DNA from: Catajapyx aquilonaris
Taxonomy: Eukaryota
Assembly: GCA_000934665.2 (NCBI GenBank)
Contig: JYFJ02001319.1
Coordinates: 1 to 64,000, forward strand
Direction: 5' to 3'
Length of the DNA: 64,000 nucleotides
Shown here: positions 1 to 11,300 of the stretch, in pieces
Layout of the letters: every line of letters starts with the position of its first letter
How positions within the stretch are numbered: position 1 is the first letter of the stretch
Made by a program: the position numbers and the translations under genes
The notes under the pieces: model-generated
The model's database searches: none
What the model saw: the letters and a program-made list of their open reading frames with translations, nothing else
Told to the model about the DNA's origin: nothing

Positions 1-675
1 ACCCCCTCAACGTAACAGGGGGTTGGGGGGGTAGCGTGGCCGAGTGGGAGGGGAAGGGGGGGGTGGATTCGGGGGGAGGGGTTCACACACAGTAACACGC
101 GGTGGTGGCGGCGGCGTCGGCAACAAACCCGCAGCAAAACCCCGACACCTCCTCCTCCGCTAGCCTCTCATCGACGTTTGACTCAGGGGCTCTCTGGTAG
201 TGCAGTGTTCCCCGGTCCGTCGCCGCCGCCGCCGCTACCCCGCAAAAGGGAAAACATCACGGCAGTTAGCTTATGGGCCAATCATAATCAGCAGGCTTGT
301 ACAAACAAACCGGGGGATGGGCTGGGGGAAAACCAGGGGGGGTGTAAGACGCTACCGACGCCATGCACCCAAAAAGTGGGGGGGTGGGAATTGTTGTGTA
401 TGTGTATGTACCCCCCCTCAAAAAAAAATTGTGTGGGGGAAGGCGGTCGGGGGGAGTTTGGGGGGGGAGAAAAGGCGCCCCGCTCGGCCACACCACCTCA
501 ACGTCAAAAGCGTAGGCAACTCGTGATAGGTTACATGATAGCATCTCGCTCCGCCTCTCCAGCACCCCCAGTCGCATCTCGCCCAATCATGTTCCTTGAT
601 ACAGGGATGATAGATCGGTTATGCTACAGCTGTAACGCTCTCTTGTAACGCGTGTCTGACACGAAGGGGCCGTAT

Positions 676-830
676 CCGCCAGAGGGCGCTCCTGCCCAGG
701 GGCAGCACACTATGACTTAATAGTGCGCTTCCATGGGGGTAGGGTTACAGGGTGTAATGTAAAACCGTGGGGTCACTTATTATCGAGCCGCACTGAATTC
801 TTGCCAGCCCCAGGCCAAAGATGGCAGCAC
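676..830 (+). promoter_or_regulatory. Cluster of three co-oriented CTCF-like motifs (candidate insulator)
   Basis: CCGCCAGAGGGCGC (676-689, close to the CTCF core CCNCNAGRKGGCRS), TGCCCAGGGGCAGCAC (693-708), GCCAAAGATGGCAGCAC (814-830). Motif match only. Confidence 0.4.
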
Positions 831-3800
831 CTGCTTTGAGCGCGGGAGACACGGTGGGCGGAGCATTTTGCCCCCCCAACCACCCGCTACCCCCCCCCCC
901 CCCCACTACAATTTTTTTGCCCCCGGGGGTAAAATTACCACCCAACTTTACCCCCCCTCTCTCTCTACTTTTTGCAAAAGCACCGCCTCTTCCCATCCGA
1001 AAGGCAAGGGGCCAATCAGGGTGCATTCTTTTGTTTATTCTGGCGGAGTGATTTGCTTGGCCTGCTCTTTGAAGCGTCGGCGTCGTTCCCCCCTCATATG
1101 CAACCCCCCCAGCACTTTTTTGTCGGGGGGTAAAGTCGAGTTGTCACTTACATCCCCCCCTCTCCTCCCTAGCTAGTTTCACTAGCTCACGAGCGCTGTC
1201 ATCGATCTTGGATGAAAACTCCCAAGATGCGCGCACTTTACGGGCAACTGCGCGGCTCCAAAGATTGCGCTGCATTGCCGCATCTTAGGCCTGTACTAGG
1301 ATGCTATGCTAGGATTTTTTTGAAGAAGTGGCCTTATTTGGACCGTGACCTTGTTTGGTACAATCGCCGATTTTGGGGGCTTAAAATCATACGACTAACT
1401 TATATGCTGCGGCTATTGCGAGTTAGCATGCTGATAGAATGTGGGAGAAGGAAGAAAGCACGCAATGCGTTTGATAGACGCGGCCATTGGGGTAGTCAAT
1501 TTGCTGAAAAATGTTTGGGGCTTAGTATCTGATTGCCCGGAACTGCCACTGGGCACACCACCTTTTTACAGCCGATTGTTGGGAATTGAGGCCACACTTG
1601 ACACATTATAGGACTCGACTAAAATATTCTCTTGGAGCTTTGGCACTAGGCGGGCGTTTTGTGTGGGTGTGTGTGTGTGGTGCCGGGAGAGTTTTACAGT
1701 ACTATGGCACTTGACACTGCCATATAGTGGAATGCAGGGCCCTCCGGGGAACACGTTGTTGACAGCGTCCCCGGCTATTTTCACGTTTGCACATTCTTTA
1801 GTGGTTAAACTTTAATCATCCGCTCCCTTTATTTAAGTTGCATTGTGGCAGCCCCAGCCGCGCGGGAGAAGTCCTGCCCTGCCGTAATGCACTATGAGCC
1901 TACTAAAAAATTCCACACCCCGCAAAATAAAAAAGGCGGCTCAAAAAGAAGCAACGTAATTTTACTGCCTCTATTACTATGCTTATAGGTCAAAAAAATT
2001 ACTATGCTTTAAGCACACACACAAAAAAACCATCATGCAAAAGAGTGATGATGGTTGCCTATCACCAGGATATTATATTAGGTCATATAGGTGTACTACA
2101 TATTTTATATTAATTGCTGGACGTAAGTTTGAATTACCGTGTGTATTACAACGTGGGGTGTTGGCTTACTGTGAGGCTGAAGAGGACGGGTGTCCCATAG
2201 CTTTAAAATAAGTCCTCCGGGTCCCCCCCCCCTCTCAAGACCCTTCGTTTTGTGTCAATGGTGCCAACTCGAATGTTGAGGATTGTTTGGTTGTTATCCG
2301 TTTTTTGGGGGGATGGGGGGATGTTGGTAGGCCTGCAGAGAGTCCCGTGCTGGCTTCTGGGAGAGGCAGGCCCGAGTTATTGAGATGGATATTAGCCGTT
2401 CTCCCTATTCAGCCTCCAAGATCGCTGCCATTGCTCTCCTTTCACACTAACAGCTAAATCGATTTCCTGCTTTGTGCCCGGAGAATTCAGACGCCTTGTT
2501 GGGGTGGGGGGGTGGAGGGGGAAAAGGAGGGGTTGGAGGGAGGGGATCCCGGATTTGCCTGGGACACATTTCGACTCCCAAGATCCCTTGCTTGGCAGCG
2601 CCAGATACAGGACTAGGGATGCCACGTCCACCACACCCCATTGTTACAGGATGGTCCGGGTCATCGATGAGTTTATACTCATGGGCATTGTCACACAGAG
2701 CGAACTGCACTAGAACATGGGTATACTTGCAGCTGGGATTTTCTTTGTGTTCATGACTAATATGTGGCCAGATTTATTTTAAGATCACGTTTATAGATAG
2801 TCTCAGTTGCAATTCAGACCTGTGTCTAGCCTGAGACAATCAGTTTGCACTTTGGTTTTGACATGTCAGTGGTGCCAACCCAATGCCAACCAGTGTCAAA
2901 ACAGAGAGATATTTCCGGTTGAGAGTAGTTCACATTTTGAACGTTTATGAGAGCACCGATCGATGCCCCTTGCTCGTGTTTATAAAATGCATTATTCGGT
3001 CGTACCGTGGCAGGGATGCCAACAGGTCGATGAGACCGCGTTTTGGTTCTGGAAGCGCCAATTGACAGTGCACCACCCGTTGACTATATATACCTAATGG
3101 CACAGGGTGTGATAGACTCTCATGTGACTCATCCTGTTTATGGGAAAACAATTCAGTTATTTTCTACTTCAAGCCAAACTGATAATAGTGCGGAGTTTCT
3201 TAACATGTATTATTGTATAGCTAGCCTCTCCAGTGAACAAACAAAACTTGTAACAAAACTCATAATGAGAATAAAATAATGTCCCAAATATTCATATTTA
3301 TTATCGAATTTAGACTCACCATTAAACAGGAGTGATGCGTGGGTGGTCCTTAATAATCAGGATAAAAAGTCCCATTTATTATTTTTTCCCTTCCTATTAG
3401 TCTCTCTTGTTTATAAACAAGCGAAATGCTTGGGTGGTTATGGATGGTCAGGATAAATAGCAAATTAATGTTACGAACCATCACACAAGGAGTGCATTTT
3501 ATATTATTATCACATCTGATTGAATGGTTGCCTAAGGGGAAGGATATGAGAGTGATAATGATAACTGTCTGAGATTACAACTTTGCAAGTTCGACTCCTG
3601 TATATCATTCTTCTGTGTCACCTGTTTGCAAGACTATAAGGAGTGCATTGCAAGAATGTTCTTCATCAATGCACACCGATGAACCATATATCCGTATAGA
3701 CCATAGACAGTAACGTCAGGTTTTATCGAGACACATTGTGAAAGTGTGTCTCAGTTGAAGTGGACTATTTCCGCTAGGATAACTGTCACTTGGCCAGATG

Positions 3801-3958
3801 TAAGTTATCATGTAACTGTACCAGAGTGACAGGGCTGTCTGGGCTGGCACTAAGAAGTCAGGATATGCTTATGCAGTAGGCCTATAGTACAAACTAATAT
3901 ATTATTAACGTAACTCTCCCATCAGCAACAAAGTTTTTGGCGCATACAGTAGCTTATA

Positions 3959-4520
3959 CAGGGTGTTTATTGTAACTCTGCAAATACTTTCAGGGGCAAT
4001 AGAGGGGACCAAGACAAGTATTTTTGACATAGGAACCCGTGTCCGGAAACGCCATCTAGAGGAGGTTCATAGACAAGGAACGGGTGCGCTCAGACGCGTC
4101 AGGCGAGAGGCGCTAGGAGAGCGGACTGTTTTGTTGGTAGATGGCGCGCAGTTGTTGCCAGGTTATGGCGTATCACGCCATTGTAAGTAAACAACAACGC
4201 GATACGCCATAACCTGGCAACAACAAATCCGCTGTTGACTATCCGCGCATCTCCTAGGAGGAGAACTTTAGCTGCTAGATGGCTCTGCTGTTGCCAGGTT
4301 ATGGCACATTGCATCAGTGTTTATTATTCGAGCGCCATCTATCAACAAAACAGTCCGCTCGCCTAGCGCCTCCCGCATGAAGAGTCTGAGCGCACCCATT
4401 CCTTGTCTATGAACCCCCTCTAGATGGCGTTTCCGGACACAGGTTCCTATGTCAAAAATACTTGTATTGGTCCCCTCTATTACCCCTGAAAGTCTTTGCA
4501 GAATTACAATAAACACCCTG
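3959..4520. mobile_element. 562-bp MITE / non-autonomous Tc1-mariner-type DNA transposon with ~190-bp terminal inverted repeats and TA target-site duplication
   Basis: TA|CAGGGTGTTTATTGTAA ... TTACAATAAACACCCTG|TA. Segment 3959-4148 is a close reverse complement of 4331-4520. An internal inverted repeat GTTGTTGCCAGGTTATGGCGTATC / GATACGCCATAACCTGGCAACAAC spans ~4150-4224. No transposase ORF. Confidence 0.9.
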
Positions 4521-5608
4521 TACATAAGTAACATAACAAATAACTACGTTGTTTGAAATTATGTTAGGCTTCATTAGTAATATGAGGTACAATTTTTATT
4601 TTTCCTTACTATATACTGTCTCTCTCGCTTGAAAAAAGTTTGAGCCAAGCTATCCTGGCGCTATGCAGCCATCACCACATTAGTGTGTTTGTGGAATTTT
4701 TTTAATTGGCGAGGTGCTGATGGTTTCATATAGAGCCAGGATACGTTCGGGCCAAACTTTCTTTGATTTATACAATAGGTAGGCGTAGGCCTATATAGTT
4801 CTGTCGAGTAACATTCTCCTTGACCAGCTGCAAAGTCAGTAAATTGCTTGCACATTCCAAAATGATACATGTGAAAAGAGTGAGGTAAAAATAAAATAAA
4901 AATAGAATATAATTTCTTAAACTGTCATTAATCCGATGACAACCGAATGAATTTTTTTATTTATATTATGAAATTTTGGAAATGGCTGAATTTGAAAAAA
5001 ATAGTTCACATGTTGATAATGTAACTGGGAAAATATTTGACCGTGGCATTCTTTATTATGATTAATGTGGGCAATTGGTTTTTTATGTAAGAATTAATGA
5101 ATTAAATGTTGGGATATAATTTTAATATAGGCATCTTTCTCGACAAATAATGTTGGTGGACGTCAAGGCCAAGCAAAAATTTAACATCATCGAGGTTGGT
5201 TTTCACCAATAAGAGCAAGACAAGAAATTAGCTATAAGAATAATATCCTGACGCAAATTAAGAAAAATTGTGCATTATTACAACTTCGGCAGTTAACAAC
5301 TGTTTGACAGGAACATAACATAAGTTTATTAGGTTTAGTTAAATTTGATGGGAGAGTTTGAATCTCTTTTAGCTCAGAAATATCATAAATCCTTGAAGCC
5401 AGCAGATGTGCAACCGAAACGGCAACTTAAAAAAAAACACTAACAGTAACCGTATATCTGCAGTGATGCCACACATGCGATTGCTATAGGGAACAATAAT
5501 TAATTAGAGGGTATGAAACGGAATGAAGAGCACCAAATAATGATAGCAAGTCAGATATTGTACGACACGTATATTGCTTTGTTATCTGAGATTTATGGTG
5601 CAAGTATA

Positions 5609-6110
5609 GTGCTTGATAGTGATTACTAAAGGAGTGAAAACCGGAATCGTAAACCAGGAATGCAGAGCTGAGATATTTGGACCAGAGTGTGGACAATGGA
5701 CAACTTTCAATTGATTTAAAACTTGAAACTGTCACAGATGTTGCTAGACAAACTTGCGAGCAGTATAGTATTTATGTCATTGGTAGATGACGAGTGTATT
5801 CACTAAATCTGATATATATTGAGTTAGCCAATGCGGCACCTCCATTTAAAAGAATGCCACATTGTGCAAAAATATCTCGTAATTACCAAGGTCATAAAAT
5901 GACAGTTTTAGTGAACAATGTTATTTAAAAAAAAGTCAACTGAAAGTCTCCAGGATTGAAAAGAAATTATTGCAGACACCTAAAACCATCTGTGACCATT
6001 TGAAACGTGACAGAATTGCCCAGTCGCACCACTTTGACCCAAATATCTCAGCCCACCATCCCTGTTCCAAAATTCTAGCCTTCATTTTTGTAGAACACAC
6101 TATTAAGCAC
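5609..6110. mobile_element. Decayed foldback/MITE remnant
   Basis: Degenerate ~100-bp inverted repeat: GTGCTTGATAGTG...GCTGAGATATTTGGACCAGAGTG (5609-5690) versus CACTTTGACCCAAATATCTCAGC...CACTATTAAGCAC (6030-6110). True termini not identifiable. Confidence 0.5.
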
Positions 6111-7277
6111 CACATTCACTGCAAAATGTAACCTGATGAGAGAGAAATCAGGCCTATATATACAGCCCGGCAATTTTTTTGTTTATTCAAAGTCAAGTAA
6201 GGTTGACAGAATGACGCAACGAGGAAATTATACAGTCATTATAGTAATCACAAACCACAATTATCTGTGTTTTGATTTGTATAAAGTGCTGGATGTCAAG
6301 ACCTGGACGGTTACATTTTAAAAATTTCTGCATGCAGTGAGGTATATTTCATGCTGAGAAAACATGCATCACCAAGTAAGACTTTTATTCGCATGTTCAT
6401 AATGGGGGTCGTCTGATAAAAGCGACGTAAAGAATATAAATATGAAACTGAGCTTTTCATGAAAATGTGAATGCATCAGGTAAACTACTTGTATATGTGA
6501 ATAAAATGTTAATAATTTATGGATTTACCAAGTAACATAAATTGTAGCTTTTCAAAAGTTAATGCATGCTTTGTACATTTAATTTGAAATTGTGACCTTT
6601 CCTCAAACAAAGGTTAAAAACGTCCTATACTGAGAATAATTATTTGCTTTCATGCAAGGGTACACAATGATTGTCAAGGTTACGGCGTTGTTGTGTAGTA
6701 CTTGAAAATATTTTGAAAACTGAGCTATTATTATCATCCAAAAATTTACATCAAAAATGTTCCAAACCCTGTGTGTAACTGACTTATTGTATTCATCGAA
6801 AACTTGAACGACTTGCTGGATTAGCGCAAGTGTATACCAGTCGTGCTACAGACCTGCTAGATTCTGTTTAACTATATCTGTTTTAAATACTGGTTTATTG
6901 GATTTCACAGAGATTTAAACTGTCCCAAGAAATATCCGCATATGCAAAACAGGTAGAGACGTAGGTCGAGTGCACCCAGCCCCCCTGTAGACCATGCAAG
7001 CCGTATCTGCAAAGCCATGGTTTTGCAGATACGGCTTTTTCCCTTTGCCTATACTTGAAATGCAGCAGCTCTGTTTCTCCGAGTCATGTGTTGTCTTAGG
7101 TGACTGGTAGAGTACTTTAAAATTAATTGTAAACCTTGTAATTGTAAACCTATTTCTAGCGATGAATCTATAAAAGGAAGAATATATTATTCTCCCCACC
7201 AAAAATATCACCCTGAAATATCACCGTCCATTCAACAGTATATGTTATGATGAGTTGATGTTTTCCCACTTCGTCTC

Positions 7278-7315
7278 CATCTCTCTCTCTCTCTCTCCCT
7301 CCCTCTCTCCCTCTC
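7278..7315. repeat. Imperfect (CT)n microsatellite
   Basis: tctctctctctctctctccctccctctctccctctc, directly visible. Confidence 0.85.
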
Positions 7316-8099
7316 ATGCATTAATGTAAGGATAATAATTATATTCAGGTAATGATGATTTTGTTAGCCTGTCTTTAAAAAAATCAAGGATGGGCATTTG
7401 GTAAATAACGGTTGCTTTCTTCTGGATTAATAGAGAGGTCCAATTTCTATAAAGTCGATATCTTCCGGCTGTATTTGTGTGCTGGTAATGTTTTAAAAAG
7501 TGGCCTAATTTGGAAGTTATTGTGCCTCATAATGAACTTGTATAGAATACTTATTGCATTTATAGAGGCAAGTCTTTATTATTCAATCGACTCCTTCATT
7601 TTTTTTAGTTACGTAATACAGGGGTAGGAACTTATAATGAGAAAATACATTGTGGTCGGTAGGCTACATCTTATACTCAATTAAATAATTTTCTCAAGGC
7701 ATTGGATACATTTATGGCTCATCTATGGATTTTCACCATCGTGAGCAGACCGGATGCTTGCATGTCATTAGTGGTAATGCTCTCATTATTTACATAATAG
7801 CATTAATTCGCTTGTAAACGTGCATAATATGAAGACTTTTCTATAATTATTAATATTGGGTGACCAGTAGATACTCATACATTACATATAGCATCATTAC
7901 TCACATTCATTATTACTCTTATAATGTTTGAAATGATAATCTGTAATTAGTTTAAGTAATAGTGTGAACCCATCAGCAGTGAGCAACAATGGTTTAGAAT
8001 AACTTATGATTTGAAAAATCATTGCAGCCCCTTTGATTTGAATAGCCTCCATCCCTATGACCCTATAGTTGAATTATTCAACTATAGGATAGGGTCATA

Positions 8100-8335
8100 G
8101 CTCAGCGCCAAACATGACTAACCCTCTTGAGGAGGTAAATGGCTTTAGGCGCGTTTTCTGAATCAGCAACAGCAACTTTTCTGCCGGCAAACGTGACTAT
8201 GCCACTTTCTCGTTCTGGATGGTAATAATTGGAATTCTTGTTGCTACATTCTTGATTTGTGGAAAGCTCTCATTAACATTTAATCAACATTTTCTCAACT
8301 TTTTTCTGTGAGGGTTAGTCATGTTTGGTGCTGAG
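8100..8335. mobile_element. Small (~236 bp) MITE-like element
   Basis: 27-bp inverted termini GCTCAGCGCCAAACATGACTAACCCTC (8100-8126) and GAGGGTTAGTCATGTTTGGTGCTGAGC (~8310-8335), one mismatch. TSD not clearly resolvable. Confidence 0.65.
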
Positions 8336-11300
8336 CCCTTTATTACTAACTCTCACACCACGCGTGTGTTACGACTGAGAAGCCTAAATTGTCTGGAAAA
8401 AGACTATAGTCAATAACATCCCAAAACTAAAGAATATAAGTCATAATTAATGATGTCTAATATGGTGTTTGTGTGCCCATTCTTCCATCTGCTCAGCGCA
8501 TAGTAATTCTTTTGCCTGAAGCGACGGCAAAAAAGGTGGGAGGAAGAAGAAGAGAAATACTATTTTGACTTCATTGTATAGACTACTACAATTTAGTACG
8601 GTTTCTATGCACATAATACCAGAGCGAAGAGAGGAGGCCCATTATTCTCATGCTTACGTGCAGGATAAATTTATTGCTTGTTATGACCACCGCTTTTACA
8701 ATCTGTAATTACAAGAGTCGCACTGATTTAAAACTAAGAAAATTGATATGTACTACATTTTGAGTTCCACACATTGCAATTCCCAATATGTAAATGTTTA
8801 TTCGAATCATGCATTTGTCATATGAGCATAATTGCTGCTCAGTGTAGTGGTGTACATATGTGAAATTCTACGCACAACTGGCTGTACGTATAGAATTGAG
8901 GCAAAACATAGTCATATACTGGCAACGGTACATGTCTGACGAATTCTTGGGTCCGGCATCTTGTATAAGTTATATATACGACGATGTATATGTATGCTGT
9001 ATAAGGAAACAGTCGTTGCCCCCTGAAATTAAGTTGCTCGACATAGCACCGTTCTCTACACCAGATGCTAATCAGCTTTTGTATCGTGCTGTACACTGTA
9101 CCCAGGGGATAAAAATACCGTCCTTTGACCACTTAGTGACAACGACTTAAGTCTGGAGCCCGATCTAGTTTAATGTTTCAGGCGACACCACTTTTCTTAT
9201 CTGAAAGAGTACAGGCACAGGTCGAGTTTGTCTCCTCTTTTCCCACTCCCCCATCCCTCCCCTCCCAAACCATCTCCCTTACTAACTCAGTGAATCCCCC
9301 CATCCACGGGTGTGAATATCTCTTTTGCATGGTAACCCCTACTGCAGGCAGGCAAAATGATAATGCGCGAAACAATGACACCGCATATGAACGAGCTATA
9401 TTTCCATAATCCGATTTCCTCGCAAATTGAGTCTGGGCGCCATTTTTTGCATGGCTGCTCTTTTGTTGAACGAAAATAATCGCGTTTTAGTGGGCAGGTT
9501 ATTTTCTGATCACAGCCTATTTGCCAGGCTAAGAGGCTTAAGGGTGGGGGGGCGTCGCGGATGTCGTGTGCTCGCCGGCCGACAGCCTCTAATCCTCATC
9601 GCCCGCCTCCATTTACATACGCTGATTAGCCCTCGCCTCCTGCACCAGCACATCCTCCCCCAAAAACTGCCATGGCTCGGATTACGTCGCAACGCTCAGG
9701 ATGTGCCATCACACCATCGTCACACCTTAGTTTCACCCACTCTTAAGACAGAGGGCAGCACACGGGGGGGTTGTCCGCCATTATTGTGGCGTGGCTCAGA
9801 ACGTTGACCTGGCGGATTGTGGCGACATGTCAGGACTTTGGGATATATCTCTGGGGAAGGAGGAAGGAAGTCTCCAGATATTCGAAACCGTGTTATATGG
9901 AGCCTTCTGGGATCCCCTCAGGAAGAGGCTGTCACGACTAGGGTGGCCATGACCTGACACTGACATGCTTATGCCAAGTGCTGCCTACTTCCCCACTCTC
10001 CACGATCCAAATTAGTTTCTCATAACACCCTTTATTACGTCCCAGAAGGCACCCTCCAGATATATTGGGTTTGAGTAACGTGAGACATCACGTATGCAAA
10101 TGAATGCCAAGGAAACAGGCGCACGATACCGTGCAATAAATTTAGAGCGGACATTTGGAGCCATATTTTTTTTGTAGTGTTTGCTCAGCACTGTTTCGTT
10201 GCTTTTTTTTGTGGTGAAGCGAGAGTATGCCATTGGCGTGTCCTATTTAAGATTGATGAAGGGGGCTTTCTGTTTGGGCCTGTGTTTCCCAGGCGACGGT
10301 GCTGGGCACCTCGGAGGGCTACCAGCAGACAAAAGAGAATGGCGCCGAGGGAAGGGCCTCAGGTGGGCATCCACAGTGCCCATTGGCTGCCCTACCTTCC
10401 GCCCCCAACATCACCGCCCCCACTTCCTACCTCACCTGCCTTTGCCACACCAAACCTCACCTTTTTTCATGTCACGTGCTCTCTCTGCCAAAACAATCAC
10501 GTCATCACAGAGCAACTACAATGGAGGCCATGTCCTTTCACTCGCATTAATGTCAATGCTCAATCCCAACACGTTTATTGGAGTCTGCAACAATGCCCTG
10601 GACAGATCGTTAAAGAGGGTTTTGCACGAATCTCACGATAAAAGATCATGCAAGAATGCATCCTGCCTCTAATGAGAACCTTGCGAGTAATTTGGCGAGA
10701 GATATTGCAAGGAATGGTCGGATACATAAAATGCAAATTTAACCAAGCCTCTTCCTGCTTGGTATAATAATTACATCATGTAGATTAAATTCCATCTTCA
10801 TGACCAGTTTTCAAACATTTCATTAAATTCCTCCATTGTGAAGGTTTTACCACATGACGTGCGATACCTGACGTCAATTCTCAAGGACTGCGTAAAAAGG
10901 CCAGGAAGTGTGATTATATTATTTTGCTGCCTTCCCAATTTCCACCTTCAAAAAAGGAGGCCATATAGTTATATATTTTTCCCCTCATATTTCTGGAGCG
11001 GGGAAATCATGCGAGGCTTCTCATCACGCCACCATCCAAGTTGCGCATCAGCCTTATTTATTCTCCCCTTTCTAACCGGATGAAGGTCTTTGGTGACCAA
11101 TTTGCCGGACGTCCAAACTGCGAGTAATAACCCTTTTTGGTTGGGGGTTTCAGACGGATGGATGTGGCGGTTCCCTGACAGCTCACTCGCCTCTTTATTA
11201 TTTTTCCCCCCTTTTCGGCGGAAAGTGGCAATTAGTTAGCTATCACTTACTGCGCCTGTCCCATCAGAAAAGGCTCCTCCTGAAGGAACTATCCGGGACT

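Noticed and set aside
1..1180. G-quadruplex-like G-runs and Pro/Gly-rich ORFs
   Set aside because: Pervasive homopolymer runs suggest low-accuracy sequence; the ORFs are low-complexity by-products.
3963..4534. Two similar ORFs on opposite strands (3963-4190 +, 4268-4534 -)
   Set aside because: Mirror translations of the MITE's long terminal inverted repeats, not paralogous genes.
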